The notes: a model not told the origin generated them from the sequence alone. Counted from the first letter of the stretch, positions 22,075 to 33,462 are shown. The stretch: 64,000 bases of DNA from an uncultured delta proteobacterium (GCA_963771175.1 CAVYSY010000052.1:1-64000); one strand, 5' to 3'. Numbers and translations: made by a program.

Positions 22075-22587
22075 GTGCGCACCTGGAAGGTTCTTCTCAG
22101 CGGATGGGCGCTGCTCTGGGCCATGGGCTGCGGCCATGGCGGCGCCGTGGGGAGGGCGGAGCCCACGGAAGGGCTGCGGGTGGAGTGCGCTCGGGGTGAC
22201 GAGGGGGCGTGTGGGGCGGACGAGGTCGACGAGGGCACGCGCAGCAAGGGAGGCACGGTCTCCGCGCGCATCTGGGCGCTCATCGCGCAGGGGCAGTTCG
22301 CGGAGGCGCAGGTACTGATCGCCGAGTCCACGGCGGCGGGGCTGCTCTCCCAGCAACAGGCGGCGCGGATGGTGGAGCGCATCACGCTGCTCAACACGCG
22401 ACTGGGGCAGGTGCCGGCCACGCTGCAGCGGGTGGCGGACTTCCCGTCGCAGCTGCGCGACTACACCCTCTTTCAAATCAAGCAGTTGTTGGAGCAGAGG
22501 AACTTCACCCTGGCGACGCAGGCGCAGCTCAAGTTGGCCGAGAAGCTCATCGAGCAGCAGGACCGGTTGATGGAGAAGGTGCAATGA
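22075..22587 (+). CDS. Lipoprotein, possible polymorphic toxin
   Basis: AMGC lipobox; helical C-terminus FPSQLRDYTL..I; ATGA-coupled to next gene. Confidence 0.6.
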   Translation: MRTWKVLLSGWALLWAMGCGHGGAVGRAEPTEGLRVECARGDEGACGADEVDEGTRSKGGTVSARIWALIAQGQFAEAQVLIAESTAAGLLSQQQAARMVERITLLNTRLGQVPATLQRVADFPSQLRDYTLFQIKQLLEQRNFTLATQAQLKLAEKLIEQQDRLMEKVQ

Positions 22588-23132
22588 CGAAGACGCCCTT
22601 GCACCCGAGTGTGGAGGAGCTGGTGTCACGGCTCCAGGAGGCGCGGAAGGCGGGCAAGCCGGGAGACCCGGAGCGGCTGCGACTGCACCGGGAGCTGGCG
22701 GCGGACAGCCCCACGTTCGTCCCCAACCTGCTGGAGCTCGGGCGGCAGTTGCAGCTCAAGGACGAGCCGGGCCGGGACGCGGAAGCGACCTTCGCGGAGG
22801 TGCGGCGACTGCTGGAGCAGGCGGTGGTGGGCTCCGAGCGGAGCGGGCCGGCGGTGGTGGAGCTGGGGTACTTCCTGGACACCCTCCGCAACGACTCCGA
22901 GGCGGCCACGAAGCTGTACGCGGAGGGCGCGGCGAAGGCGCTGGAGACGCTGGAGGACGCGTGGGCGGGGCTGCTGCGCGCCTGGGTCCACGAGCGGTCG
23001 AAGGAGTCCCTGGAGAAGGCGCTGCGGTTGAGCGAGTTGGCGGAGAAGCTCTTCCCGGACTCGGGTCGCATCCAGGGCGAGGTGCATGACGCACGTCGGC
23101 TCGCCACCCTGGACGGCCATCTGAAGCCCTGA
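22584..23132 (+). CDS. TPR-like helical protein, possible immunity partner
   Basis: MTKTPLHP start overlaps upstream stop; helical repeats (ELGYFLD...A..LY). Confidence 0.6.
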   Translation: MTKTPLHPSVEELVSRLQEARKAGKPGDPERLRLHRELAADSPTFVPNLLELGRQLQLKDEPGRDAEATFAEVRRLLEQAVVGSERSGPAVVELGYFLDTLRNDSEAATKLYAEGAAKALETLEDAWAGLLRAWVHERSKESLEKALRLSELAEKLFPDSGRIQGEVHDARRLATLDGHLKP

Positions 23133-23204
23133 AGTGAAGAAGTAGCACCGGGCCGCGGGCTGGGGTGCCGAGTCGGCCCCAGCCCCCGAGGCGCCGCACA
23201 AAAA

Positions 23205-23238
23205 TGAAAAGGCCCAGCCTCACGAGGAGACTGGGCCG
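23205..23238 (-). terminator. Intrinsic terminator of csp gene
   Basis: GGCCCAG...CTGGGCC stem with AAAA on plus strand (U-run on minus). Confidence 0.65.
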
Positions 23239-23260
23239 GTGCGGGTCCTAGCGACGCGCT

Positions 23261-23464
23261 TTAGGACAGGCGAACGTTCTGCGCCTGCAGGCCCTTGGGG
23301 CCGCGGGCGACGTCGAACTCGACCTTCTGCCCTTCCTGCAGGGAGCGGAAGCCTTCGGTCTGGATCGCAGTGTGGTGGCAGAAGAGATCCTCGCCCCCGC
23401 CGTCCTGCGTGATGAAACCGAAACCCTTCGCGTCGTTGAACCACTTCACGGTACCAGTTGCCAT
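23261..23464 (-). CDS. cspA: Cold-shock protein
   Basis: [34 protein letters not shown]. Confidence 0.95.
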   Translation of the reverse strand: MATGTVKWFNDAKGFGFITQDGGGEDLFCHHTAIQTEGFRSLQEGQKVEFDVARGPKGLQAQNVRLS

Positions 23465-23700
23465 TTACTCTTCTTCTTTCTGACCCGGCCTCAAAGAGTT
23501 GAGCCGGAGGCCGCTCCCATCTGGGGAGCGACCATTGCCGTTTGTCACGTTTCCAGGCTCGTGCATAGGCCCCCCCCTCCGAATCTCTCGGAAGTGTGGC
23601 CCCCGTGACTTGCGGCTGCGAATGGAACCTTCGGCCCCGGGCTTCTATTCCGAGAGCTCCAGGTCTCAGCGCATGGACGCGTAATATCGGGGCCTCCACC

Positions 23701-24663
23701 ATGCCTCGATTCCTCGAGTGGTCCTCCCTACTCTCCTATTCCCTGCTCCTCGCGCTCCTCTCTGGCTGCGCGGCCGGTAACGCCAGGGCGGGTATTGCCT
23801 CTGAACAGGACGCGCAGGAGCTGCGGCAGAAGGCCGTCTTCCTCTGCCAGCACCAGCAACTCCTGGCGCCCGTCGTCTCGCGCATCCCCGAAGGAGTCGA
23901 GCCCTCATCCCTCATCCGTCAGGAGGATCTCGACTTCATCCACCGCAACCCCTCGCTGGCTCCGCTCACGGAACTCGATGCTCCCGGCCTTCAGGCCGAG
24001 CTCGCTCGCTACGTCCAGTGCGAGCCCACCCACCTGAGCGTCCAGGGCAACCTGGCGACCGTCGAACTCCGGCAGACCCGCCCCCAGTGGGAGGACTCAC
24101 GGTTGCGGACGCAGGAGGTGCTCGCCCCCACCTCGCCCGAGCAACGCCGCTCCGCCCTCGAGCTCTGGGTCCGCCAGAACCCCGCCACCGTCTCATCCCA
24201 GCACCGTACGTGGTTCGTGCGCACGCCCGAGGGCTGGCGGCGCGACTACTCGCTCCCCGAGGAGGATGCGCTGCTCGCCACCCATTTCGCGGTGCCCCGT
24301 TGCGAGGGCGCTCCGGGCGTTCCCAGGCCCGGTGAGGGCACCGGCTCGGTGCAGGTCTTGCGCGAGCCGGACGATGTCGTGCCCTTTCAGAGGGGCATGA
24401 GCGAGCCTCGGAAGCTCTGGGGTCCCCTGCCCGAGCTTCCACCGGAGGCCCGCGAGCAGCGCGTCGGGGGATTGGGCCTCGCTCGATGCACCATCACCTT
24501 CGAGGGCCGCGTGAAGGACTGCTGCATCATGAAGTCCCTCCCGCTCGTCGACGCGCCCTTCCTCCGCTCCCTGCTCCGCTCTCGCTACACGCCCGGGCTC
24601 TCCGAGGGCCAGCCCATCCAACTGCGCTACACCTTCACCCTCCGGCTCACGCCTCCTCGCTAG
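23701..24663 (+). CDS. Lipoprotein with C-terminal TonB-like domain
   Basis: LSGC lipobox; ARCTITFEGRVKDC...RYTP...YTFTLRL. Confidence 0.75.
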   Translation: MPRFLEWSSLLSYSLLLALLSGCAAGNARAGIASEQDAQELRQKAVFLCQHQQLLAPVVSRIPEGVEPSSLIRQEDLDFIHRNPSLAPLTELDAPGLQAELARYVQCEPTHLSVQGNLATVELRQTRPQWEDSRLRTQEVLAPTSPEQRRSALELWVRQNPATVSSQHRTWFVRTPEGWRRDYSLPEEDALLATHFAVPRCEGAPGVPRPGEGTGSVQVLREPDDVVPFQRGMSEPRKLWGPLPELPPEAREQRVGGLGLARCTITFEGRVKDCCIMKSLPLVDAPFLRSLLRSRYTPGLSEGQPIQLRYTFTLRLTPPR

Positions 24664-24781
24664 AGGAGTGAGGGCTTATGCACGGGCGCTCATCGGCCCC
24701 CGGGTTGCTCCCCCACCAGCCGAGGCCCCCGCGCCTCCGAGTCCCACGGCGAGCCCCGCTCGCATACGCTGGAACTCGCCC

Positions 24782-25887
24782 ATGAGCCTCCTGCGACTCG
24801 CCACCCGTGAAGACAACCCGCACCTGCTCGAGCTGTTCGGCGCGGTGCCCATGCAAGGCGAGTTGGTACTGGCCACCCAGCGCTCCCCGGACTTCTTCCG
24901 CCTCTACGAGCTGCAGCGCGGGGACACCGAGCTGTGGGTGAACCAGGTGGAGGACGGGCTGGACGGGATGGGCGCCGTCCTCGTGCGGGACGGCTGGCTG
25001 GAGGGTCGGCCGTGCCGGGTGGGCTACCTCGGAGACCTGCGCACGCGCTTCTCCGCGAGGCGCAGCCGGGGCCTGGCGCGCTTCTACGGGCCGGTGCTGG
25101 AGGAGACGGCGAAGCGGTTGGGCGTGGAGGCCTTCCTCACCTCGGTGATGGCCACCAACGCCGCGGCCCTGCAGGCACTGGTGAAGCGCAAGGCCCACCG
25201 TGTGAACCAGCCACACTACACGCTGCTGCGCCGCTTCGCCGCGGTGTCCGTCCACTTCACCCGTCGGCGCGAGCCGGCCCCGGGGCGCTTCCAGGTGCGG
25301 CGCGCCACGGCGGCGGACGTGCCGGCCATGGCGGCGATGCTGGACGCGGACCACCGCGCGCGCCCCTTCGGCTACCGGTATGACCTGGGAGAGCTGCAGC
25401 ACCGACTGGAGCGCTGGCCAGGCCTGAGCGTGGAGGGCTGCTACCTGGCCTTCGACGGCGGGAAGCTGGTGGGGTGCACCTCGGTGTGGGACCCAGAGGC
25501 GGTGAAGCGCTACCGGGTGCTGGCCTACCGGGGCTCGATGCGCTGGGTGAAGTGGGGCTATGACGCGATGGCCACCGTGCTGCGCGCACCGAGACTGCCG
25601 GAGCCGGGCAACGACTTCCGCTACTTCTACCTGTGCAACACCAGCATCGCGGGCGAGGACCCGGCCATCCTGCGCGCCCTGGTGGAGCAGGTGTACGCGG
25701 ACCACCACGGCAAGGGCTATCACTTCTTCTCGCTGTACCTGGACGACGGCGACCCGCTCAACCCGGCGCTGAAGGGCTTCTTCCAGCGGAGACTCGACTT
25801 CCACCTGTACGCGGTGACACCCGCCAGCCTCGCGCGCGAGCACTTCCCCCAGGGGCGCACCGGCTTCGAGGAATGGCGCTGGCCTGA
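24782..25887 (+). CDS. Tandem GNAT-fold hypothetical protein
   Basis: LRLATRED, VGYLGDLR, VRRATAADV; true end GFEMALA* after indel near 25870. Confidence 0.65.
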
Positions 25888-25933
25888 GTCGTCGAGCTTG
25901 CGGTGCGCGCGTCCGCCCCCACATGCTTCGTGG

Positions 25934-27146
25934 ATGCGACGATTCCGACTGTTGGCGAGCCTGCTCGCGGGCCTCCTCCTCGGCACCGGCTGCGCCGCCG
26001 GCCGCAGCCTCCTCCGCGTCGGCCGAGGCTTCCGTGGAGGCCTACGAGGCGCGTCTGGACGAGGCCAGCCTCGGCTTGCGGGGCACGAACCGCGAGGCCA
26101 CGCTCGCGGACCTGGAGAAGCTCGCGCACGAACTGGAGACCCGGCTCCAGAAGCGCCCCGAGGATGCCCGGCTCCACGCGCTGCTGGCACGGACGGCCTT
26201 CTACCTGCGCGATGGGGAGCAGGCCCTCACGGAGGCCGAGCGGGCCCTCGCGCTCGCACCGGACCTCGCCTGGCCCTACTACGTCCGCGCCTTCTTCCTC
26301 GGCGCCCAGGGCAAGGCAGAGGCCGCGCTCGTCGACGCCACCCGGGCCACCGAGCTGGAGCCGAAGCAGGGCCGGCACTGGCAGCTCCTGGGCACGCTGT
26401 ACCTCCAGCTCGACAAGGGCGCCGAGGCCCAGGCCGCCATCGAGAAGGCGCTCGCGCTGGAGCCCCGCAACGCGCAGGCGCTCTTCTTCCTCGGCCTGCT
26501 CTACATGGACCAGGGAAAGAGCCAGGAGGCGCTGGAGGCCTACGAGAAGGCGCGCGCGTACGAGCCGGAGTTCGCGACGGCGCACTACAACGCCGGGCAG
26601 CTCCACCAACTGCGCGGCGAGTCCGCCGCGGCGCTGGAGTGCTTCCAGAAGGCGGCGGACCTGGAGCCACAGGACTGGAAGACGCGGGCGAAGCTGGTGC
26701 AGCTCCACCAGACGCTCGGGAACAAGGAGAAGCGCGACGCCGAGCGCGAGGCGCTCCTGCTGCTGAACCAGGCCGGCAAGGTGGACAAGGAGTACTTCGT
26801 CCGCGAGCAGTTCCAGGAGGCGGGCCGCACGGTGATGGCGGTGGAGAGCTTCACGCTGGAGGGCGACTGGGCCAGACGCTACGAGTTCCAGGTGTACGCG
26901 CCGGACTCGCAGGAGCCCGCGCTCGTCATCTCGCTGGGCTCCTACGCCTTCACCAACGCGTTCGCGCGAGAGAAGAACCCGTCGGCCCCGCGCGTGTTCC
27001 ACCTGGACGCCTACTACCCGGACAAGACGCACGAGACGTATGGCTTCTTCGAGGGCGAGCCCTCCTACGACGACACGCGAGCCCAGGTGGTCTCCATCCT
27101 GCGCGGCGAGGTGAAGCCCACGTCCTCCACGACGCCCGGGAAGTGA
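25934..27146 (+). CDS. TPR-repeat lipoprotein, frameshift near 26000
   Basis: LGTGC lipobox; repeated A..A.EKALALEP units. Confidence 0.85.
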
Positions 27147-27222
27147 TGGGAGCGAGGGGCCCGGGACGGGGTGCGAACCGGGCGCTGGCTCGACTACGCT
27201 GCGCCCCTCAGGAGAATGACCC

Positions 27223-27852
27223 ATGTGGGCCCACACATTCTTTGAAGACGCCACCAAGGCGAAGGCCGCCGACGAGGTGAAGGCCATCGAGGCCCGGACC
27301 GCCGCCGAGGTGGTGGTGTCCGTCCGCCGAGCCTCCGGCCACTACCGGCATACGGACTACCTCGTGGGCTTCGTGCTGTCGCTGGTGACGCTGGTGGCCA
27401 TGCTCTACCTGCCACAGGAGTTCCCGCTCGAGGCCTTCCCCGTGGACGTGGCGCTGTCCTTCGCGGTGGGGACCTTCGCGAGCGCGGCCCTGCCCGGCCT
27501 GCGTCGGCGGCTGACGTCGCGGAAGCTGCTGGAGGCGAACGTGCGGACGGCCGCGCGGGCGGCCTTCGTGGAGCTCGGGGTGTCGCGCACCACGGGGCGC
27601 ACCGGCATCCTCGTGTTCGTCTCGGCTTTCGAGCGGCGCGTGGAGGTGGTGGCGGACATGGGAGTGGACACCGACGCGATGGGCAAGGAGTGGGAGGAGG
27701 CGCTGGCGAAGCTGTCCGCCGCCGTGGCCTCCTCCTCGTCCCCCGAGCCCTTCTTCGAGGCGCTGCGCCTGATGGCCCCTCCGCTGGAGCGGGTGCTTCC
27801 GCGCTCCGCCGATGACGTCAACGAGCTGCCCGACGCTCCCCACGCCGCGTGA
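27223..27852 (+). CDS. TPM/DUF477-like membrane protein
   Basis: IEART.AEVV, RTTGRTGILVFVS..ERRVEVVAD, NELPD. Confidence 0.8.
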   Translation: MWAHTFFEDATKAKAADEVKAIEARTAAEVVVSVRRASGHYRHTDYLVGFVLSLVTLVAMLYLPQEFPLEAFPVDVALSFAVGTFASAALPGLRRRLTSRKLLEANVRTAARAAFVELGVSRTTGRTGILVFVSAFERRVEVVADMGVDTDAMGKEWEEALAKLSAAVASSSSPEPFFEALRLMAPPLERVLPRSADDVNELPDAPHAA

Positions 27853-27857
27853 GACCC

Positions 27858-29436
27858 ATGAGACGCTCCCTCCAATGGCTGGCCTTCGCCGCGCCGCTGC
27901 TGCTGGCGCTGCTCCTCGTGGTGCCGGAGAGCCTCGCGCGTCCGGGCGGTGGCAACACCTACCGCGGCTCCTCCAGCAGCCGCAGCACCTCGCGCAGCTA
28001 CTCCAGCAGCAGTAGCAGCTCCTCGCGCAGCTACTCCAGCGGCAGCTACTCGTACAGCAGTAGCGGCTCCTCCAGCTCCAGCTCCAGCCCCTTCTGCACC
28101 CTGGTGATGCTGCTGGGCCTCATCGCCCTGGTGCTCATCATCCAGCAGCAGAAGAAGAAGGAGGGCGACTGGAGCACGAGCGTCCTGCCTCCCCCACCCG
28201 ACAGGAACCCGAGGAGGGAGCACGGAGTATCGGCGCGGGAGATGCTCACGCGGCTGCGCACGGTGGGCCCGCCCGGAGCGGATGGCCGGCCGGTGCCGTT
28301 CGACCCGGACTTCTCGCTGGTGCCCTTCGAGGACTTCCTCTACGCGCTCTACGCCAAGGCCCACGAGGCGCGCGGCGGCGGCCGGCTGGACTCGCTGGCC
28401 GCGTACCTGTCCGAGGCCGCGCGCGAGTCGCTGCACGGGCTCGGCGAGCCGGCGCGGGTGCAGGCGGTGGTGGTGGGCGCCATGCAGTACCTGGACACCT
28501 CTCCGGTGACGCCGTACAGCACGCGCGTGCGCGTGCGCCTCCGTTTCGAGGCCAACTACACCGAGACGTCCGCACGCGGCTCCCAGCAGAGCTACTACGT
28601 GGCCGAGGAGTGGACGCTCTCGCGCGGCACGGCGGTGAAGTCGCGCTCGCCGGACAAGGCGCGGGTGTTCAAGTGCCCCAGCTGCGGCGCACCCCTGGAC
28701 GGCATGCGAGGCAACACCTGCTCGTACTGCGAGCAGAAGGTGGACACGGGCGAGTTCGACTGGGTGGTGGAGGGCATCGGGCTGCTGGAGCGCGAGCAGC
28801 GCGGCCCGCAGCTCGGCGGCGACACGCCCGAGGAGGGCACGGACTGGCCCACCGTGAAGCAGCCCAAGGTGGATGACCGGATGCGGCACCTGCTCTCGCA
28901 GGACCCGGAGCTGTCCTGGGACGCGCTCAACCAGCGGCTGGGGCTCATCTTCCAGGAGCTGCAGGTGGCGTGGAGCAACCGGCGCTGGGAGCAGGCGCGC
29001 CCGTACGTGAGCGACAGCCTCTTCCAGATGCAGCTCTATTGGATCGAGGCGTACAAGCAGGCGGAGCTGCGCAACGTGACGGAGAACACGCGCATCACCT
29101 GCGTGGAGCTCGCACGGGTGGTGAGCGACAAGTACTACGACGCCATCACGGTGCGCATGTTCGCCACGGGCCTGGACTACACGGTGCGGGACTCGGACGG
29201 CCGGGTGGTGGGTGGCTCACGGACGCGCGAGCGCAAGTACAGCGAGTACTGGACGCTCATCCGCGGCCGGAACACCCAGGGCAGGCCGAGTGCCGACAAG
29301 CACTGCCCCTCCTGCGGCGCGCCGCTGTCCATCAACATGGCGGGCAACTGCGACGCACTGCTCGGCGAAGGTGACCTCGGGCGAGTTCGACTGGGTGCTC
29401 AGCCGCATCGAGCAGGACGAGTCCTACCAGGGCTGA
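27858..29436 (+). CDS. Tim44-like domain membrane protein with Zn ribbons, frameshift near 3' end
   Basis: ARPGGG + Ser-rich linker + TM; two modules each ending EEW/EYW...CPSCGAPL...C. Confidence 0.8.
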
Positions 29437-29445
29437 GCCGTCCCC

Positions 29446-31101
29446 TCATGAAGCCAGCGCGGTCCTCGGCTCGACGAGGGTGCGCTCGCCCAGGGGCAGC
29501 AGCAGGGTGAAGGTGGTGCCCGCGCCCTGCTCGCTGCTCACCCGCATCTCGCCACCCATCTTCTGGATGAGGGAGTGGCTGATGGACAGGCCGAGCCCCG
29601 TGCCCGCGCCGGCCGGCTTGGTGGTGAAGAACGGGTCGAAGATGCGCGGCAGCACCTCGGGAGCAATCCCGTGGCCGGTGTCCGAGACGTCGATGCGCAC
29701 CTGCTCGCCCTCGCACGCGGTGCGCACGCGCAGGGTGTGCCGCTGCGGCGAGCCGGGCTGCATGGACTGGATGGCGTTGATGACCAGGTTGAGGAACACC
29801 TGGCTGAGCCGACTCTCGCTGCCGAACACGGGCGGCAACGCATGGTCGTAGTCCTTCTCCAGCCGGGCCGTGCGCTTGAGCTCCGACTGCGCCATGCGCA
29901 GCACGAAATCCAGGCTCGCGTTCACGTCCACGGGCGCCAGCGACTCGTCCGGGGCGTGCGAGAAGAAGCGCATGTCGCGCACGATGTCCCGGATGCGCTT
30001 GCAGCCGTCGAGCGACTCGGAGACGACCTCCTTGGCCTCCAAGAGCAGGTCCGAGATGTTCGCGGGGCAGCCGGGGACCGCCGCCAGCTCCCGCTCCAGC
30101 TCGTCGCGCCAGGTCTCCAGGAAGCCCAGGTTGGAGAGCACGTAGGCGATGGGGTTGTTGATTTCATGGGCGATGCCCGCCGCCAGCGCGCCCACCGAGG
30201 CGAGCCGATCATTCTGGATGCTCTGCTGCTCCAGCCGTCGCTTCTCGGTGACGTCGTGGCCCACCAAGAGCAGGCGCCGCGAGCTGCCCACCTGCTGAAT
30301 CGAGGCGGTGATGTCCAGCGACACGCGCTCCCCGCGCGCGGACCTCAGGCTCTGGTTCTCCCGGCGCACCGAGCCACGCGCGAGCAGCTCCTGGTGCGCC
30401 TTGCGCATGGACTCGTGCTCTTCCTCCGGGGCGAGCGACTTGATGGAGCAACCAACGAGCTGGGAGCTGTCGAGCCCCAGCAGCCGCTCCATCACCGGGT
30501 TGGCCTCCAGCAGGCGCCCCGCCTCGTCGAGCAGGAGGACGGCATCGCCGGAGCTCTCCAGGAGCTGGCGGTTGCGCTCCTCGGCCTGCCGCACCTGGAG
30601 GCGCAGCCGCAGGTGCATCTCCACCTGCCGCTTGAGTGCGAGCAGGCTCGTGCGCTGGTCCTCCGTCAGCGCGCGCGGCTTCCGGTCGATGACGCACAGG
30701 GTGCCCAGGTTGAAGCCGTCCTCCGTCTGGATGGGGGCTCCGGCGTAGAAGCGGATGAAGGGCGCCCCGGTCACGAGTGGGCTGGTGGCGAAGCGCGCGT
30801 CCTTCGTGGCGTCCTCGACGACGAAGACGTGCTCCTGCTCGATGGCGAAGGTGCAGAAGGAGATGCAGCGCTCCGTCTCCATCACCCCCGGCAGGCCCGC
30901 GTTCGCCTTGAACCACTGGCGCTCCCTGTCCACCAGGCTCACGAGCGCGATGGGCACGTCGCACATCCGCGCCGCGAGCTGGGCGATGTCGTCGTACTCG
31001 GGCTCGGGCTGCGTATCGAGAATGTCGTAGCGCCGCAGGGCTTGCAGGCGCCTCTCTTCATGCTGGAGACCAGGGGGAAGCATGCGAACCTTGATTTGCA
31101 T
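29446..31101 (-). CDS. GAF-PAS sensor histidine kinase
   Basis: RQWFK/RFYAGAP GAF, PAS, AHEINNP, NLVINA, DTGHG, FFTTK, GTGLGL. Confidence 0.95.
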   Translation of the reverse strand: MQIKVRMLPPGLQHEERRLQALRRYDILDTQPEPEYDDIAQLAARMCDVPIALVSLVDRERQWFKANAGLPGVMETERCISFCTFAIEQEHVFVVEDATKDARFATSPLVTGAPFIRFYAGAPIQTEDGFNLGTLCVIDRKPRALTEDQRTSLLALKRQVEMHLRLRLQVRQAEERNRQLLESSGDAVLLLDEAGRLLEANPVMERLLGLDSSQLVGCSIKSLAPEEEHESMRKAHQELLARGSVRRENQSLRSARGERVSLDITASIQQVGSSRRLLLVGHDVTEKRRLEQQSIQNDRLASVGALAAGIAHEINNPIAYVLSNLGFLETWRDELERELAAVPGCPANISDLLLEAKEVVSESLDGCKRIRDIVRDMRFFSHAPDESLAPVDVNASLDFVLRMAQSELKRTARLEKDYDHALPPVFGSESRLSQVFLNLVINAIQSMQPGSPQRHTLRVRTACEGEQVRIDVSDTGHGIAPEVLPRIFDPFFTTKPAGAGTGLGLSISHSLIQKMGGEMRVSSEQGAGTTFTLLLPLGERTLVEPRTALAS

Positions 31102-31299
31102 CACAACCCCGCGCGCGGCATCGCCACCTGCTCCTTGTGTGGACGGCACGACACTTGGAAGGTGTGTCCTTTAACACAGAAACTTCAGCCGACGTGAAGT
31201 CCGCTGCCTCGGCTGCACGGAGAGCAACAGAGCAGGCTTGGCTCTCGAAATCTTGGAAAGCGCGGGAGAAGAACCAGGACTCGTGGCCGGGTTCATCGC

Positions 31300-32064
31300 T
31301 CAATCCTCCGCCTTCACGTCCCCGGGCCTCACGTCCCACTCCTCGAGCACCCGCGCCTCGTCCTGCGCGCTCGTCGTCTTCTTGAAGCGAGTGCCGGAGA
31401 CTCCCTTCACCCTGCGCTCGCATGCGGCCCACGTCGCGTGGCGCATGACGCTGCCGCCCACCTGGCTCAGGTAGGAGTACGTCTTGCCAGAGGCCTTGCG
31501 CTGCCGGGGTTTCTCCTCCGGCGACTCGGCTTCCTCGGGCACCTCTTGCACATCCACGACGTACCCCTGCCGAGGACCGAGGTAGAGGTCCACCTGCTGG
31601 CGCTTGGAGAACGCGACGGCGATCTCATCCACCCGCTCGTTGCCCGGCACCCCGGAGTGTCCGCGGACGTAGCGCCACTCCACGACGGAGGCCTCGAGGG
31701 GGAAGTCCTGCTTGCGCTGGGCGAGCAGGGCCATCAGCCGCTTCCAGTAGACGATGTTGGCGACCTCCCCTCCCCCAGCGGTCTTCCACCCGCGCTGGCT
31801 CCACCCGAACACCCAGCGGGTGATGCCCTGAATCACGTAGGTGGAGTCCGTGTGGATGAGGAGGGGGCCCGGCGTCTGCTCCAGGTGGCGCAGCGCCTTG
31901 CCCACGGCCATCAGCTCCATCTTGTTGTTGGTGGTCTCCGGGTCGTGCCCTCCCAGCTCCGTCACCTGGCCATCGGCCGTGACGAGGATGACGCCCCAGC
32001 CGCCAGGGCCTGGGTTGCCGGAGCACGCGCCGTCGGCGAAGACGAGAACGGAACGAGTTTCCAT
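31300..32064 (-). CDS. rnhA: Ribonuclease HI with C-terminal hybrid-binding (Cauli_VI-like) domain
   Basis: DGACSGNPGPGGWG, TTNNKMEL, TDSTYV, GHSGVPGNERVD; tail TWAACERRVKG..FKK. Confidence 0.92.
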   Translation of the reverse strand: METRSVLVFADGACSGNPGPGGWGVILVTADGQVTELGGHDPETTNNKMELMAVGKALRHLEQTPGPLLIHTDSTYVIQGITRWVFGWSQRGWKTAGGGEVANIVYWKRLMALLAQRKQDFPLEASVVEWRYVRGHSGVPGNERVDEIAVAFSKRQQVDLYLGPRQGYVVDVQEVPEEAESPEEKPRQRKASGKTYSYLSQVGGSVMRHATWAACERRVKGVSGTRFKKTTSAQDEARVLEEWDVRPGDVKAED

Positions 32065-32100
32065 GTGCGGGGTTCTTATCGCTCGAAGCCGGGCTCGCGG

Positions 32101-32165
32101 GGAAGGTGTCAGAGGACTCGTTGCGGCGCCCTTGGCCCGCCGCATGCTCGGGGCGCGGCTCACCG
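32101..32165 (+). repeat. Copy of the Rpn leader / GGTGTCA element without an Rpn gene
   Basis: Aligns closely with 45586-45648. Confidence 0.75.
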
Positions 32166-32384
32166 GTGCGCCGGTCGAGTCCGTGTCCAGGGACCCCTTC
32201 GCGAAGCTCGGCTCCTTGCTGGGAGAGGAGTGAGGCGGAGCGATCGCCTGCAATGGTTTGCCAACATGTTTTCCATCCCGGGCGTATGGTGGGAATCCCC
32301 CCCTCAGCCGTGGGGCCTTGCCGAAGGGCGCCACCACGACGAGCCCGTCGCGGACGCGGACGGCTGAACCCTCAGGAGACCCGC

Positions 32385-33338
32385 ATGCGCGCCACTGCCA
32401 CCCCGACCCTCTTCACGCTCGAGAGCCAACCCGCTTGGGGTCGCGCGACCCTGCTGGACGACAAGGACGGCAAGCTCGTCCTCTTCTTCGAGCACGGGGG
32501 GCGACGCGTCTTCGTCAAGTCCCAGGTGAAGGGGCTCCAGGCCGTCGAGCTGAACGAGGCCGAGGCCCGGACGGTGGCGGCCCGGCTGCGCGGGAAGCAC
32601 CCGCATGGCGGCGCGGCGAAGAAGCCCGCCAAGGCCAAGGCGGCGCGCCCGCTCGTCGCCGCGTTCCCCTCCTTCGATGCCCAGGTGCGCTGGTTCGAGA
32701 CCTTCTTCCCCGGCGGCTTCGCGGGGGAGAAGTTCGTCTCCGAGGAGCGAGGAGCCCCTGAGGCCAAGGGCAAGAAGGGGTACAAGACCGCCGCCATCAA
32801 GCTCGCCCAGGAGCAGCTCTCGCCCGAGCGACTGGCGAGCGCCACGCCGGAGGAGACCTTCGCGGTCTCCAAGAAGCTGCTGGGCTTCACCAACCTCGTC
32901 TTCCCCATGGAGGGCCCCATCCCCTTCAACACCATGAAGGAGGAGGACCGGGCCGCGTTCGTGGCCGCGCTGAGCGAGCTGCTGCACGGCGAGGGCGCGC
33001 ACGGGCCGCGCTTCGAGAAGTTCGCGAGCTCGGTCCGCATCAGGGACGCGGCGGACCAGGGCCGCAAGGTCACCTGGCCCCTGGCCACGCTGCTGCAGGC
33101 GCTGTACGCCCCCGCGCAGCACACCTTCGTGAAGCCCACCGTCTTCGAGCAGCAGTCGCTCATCTTGAACCTCATGGCGAGCAAGCACGCGCCCGTCACC
33201 AGCACCTCCTACGAGAGCTTCCTGGACGTGGCGCGGAAGACGTCGGAGCGGCTGGTGGCCGCGGGGCACCAGCCTCGCGACCTGATGGACGTCTATTCGT
33301 TCATCTGGCGCTCTCACAAGGAGCAGCCCGCCGCGTAG
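32385..33338 (+). CDS. Hypothetical protein
   Basis: AGGAG RBS, strong GC3 bias; C-terminal PRDLMDVYSFIW. Confidence 0.75.
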   Translation: MRATATPTLFTLESQPAWGRATLLDDKDGKLVLFFEHGGRRVFVKSQVKGLQAVELNEAEARTVAARLRGKHPHGGAAKKPAKAKAARPLVAAFPSFDAQVRWFETFFPGGFAGEKFVSEERGAPEAKGKKGYKTAAIKLAQEQLSPERLASATPEETFAVSKKLLGFTNLVFPMEGPIPFNTMKEEDRAAFVAALSELLHGEGAHGPRFEKFASSVRIRDAADQGRKVTWPLATLLQALYAPAQHTFVKPTVFEQQSLILNLMASKHAPVTSTSYESFLDVARKTSERLVAAGHQPRDLMDVYSFIWRSHKEQPAA

Positions 33339-33462
33339 TCCATCGCCCCGGTCTTGCCGGAGGCGCTCTATCAATTCGTCACAAACCAGGAATTGGTCGT
33401 AACCCCGCATTGAGGTATGGGGCCATGGCTTTTCGCTGTGTCCCCCCTCCAGGAGTCCCTCA

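Noticed and set aside
24782..25887. Tandem GNAT gene as part of the GH3/Rieske cluster
   Set aside because: About 21 kb away with unrelated genes between; no direct evidence of linkage
24668..27280. 870-aa GNAT fusion ORF
   Set aside because: Read-through caused by an indel near 25870; the GNAT-fold and TPR genes are separate
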